This document shows positions 63,781-64,000 of a DNA stretch of 64,000 nucleotides, one piece after another. Origin of the DNA: Gekko japonicus (Eukaryota); contig NW_015160936.1 in the NCBI RefSeq assembly GCF_001447785.1, positions 72,333 to 136,332 on the forward strand. Direction: 5' to 3'. The notes beneath the pieces were generated by a model that did no database searches, had not been told where the DNA came from, and worked only from the letters and a program-made list of their open reading frames with translations. Numbering within the stretch: position 1 is the stretch's first letter; each line of letters starts with the position of its first letter. A program made the position numbers and the translations under genes.

Positions 63781-64000
63781 GTAATGTTGAGACTGTTCCT
63801 TTTGCAGACATTGTCCTTTTGAATGTGTGCTCCAAGACACTTTTTGCATTTTCAGGTGGTGCTTGAACACATTAATATAAATGTATCCTGCCCCTTTTGG
63901 ACAGGTGTTAGTGTTTACTCAAATATTAATCCTAGGTGTTTCAACTTTCATTTGAAAAAAAAAGCCAGCCTTTCAGGGTTTTGGAATGCAGAAAGCTCTG

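Overview
Vertebrate genomic DNA from a squamate reptile (a gecko-like repeat complement: Sauria/Squam-type SINEs, 5S-derived SINEs, CR1, L1, hAT and Harbinger MITEs). It comes from a draft assembly with three N-gaps. The window holds the conserved LSM1-BAG4-DDHD2 block, syntenic with human 8p11.23. LSM1 is on the minus strand: only coding exon 2 is visible (1852-1920), and exon 1 probably lies in the gap 4754-5057. BAG4 is complete on the plus strand (5 exons, 8182-28397, about 428 aa, C-terminal BAG domain). DDHD2 is on the plus strand, with a CpG-island promoter at about 41.4-42.2 kb and 13 coding exons from 45110 to 63780; the gene continues past the window. I placed all exon boundaries by hand using GT/AG sites, reading-frame continuity and similarity to the mammalian proteins as I recall them. 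The most notable observations are: a tandem duplicate of the DDHD2 SAM-domain exon (probably an assembly artefact, one of many similar duplications); a TSD-flanked, ORF1-only 'half-L1'-like retroelement; a Helitron-like element carrying a G-rich minisatellite; a Penelope-type minimal hammerhead ribozyme motif; a 450-bp fold-back inside a hAT MITE in BAG4 intron 1; a near full-length sense L1 just behind BAG4 exon 1; and substitutions in two conserved DDHD2 motifs. I found no firm evidence for a wholly new biological system.
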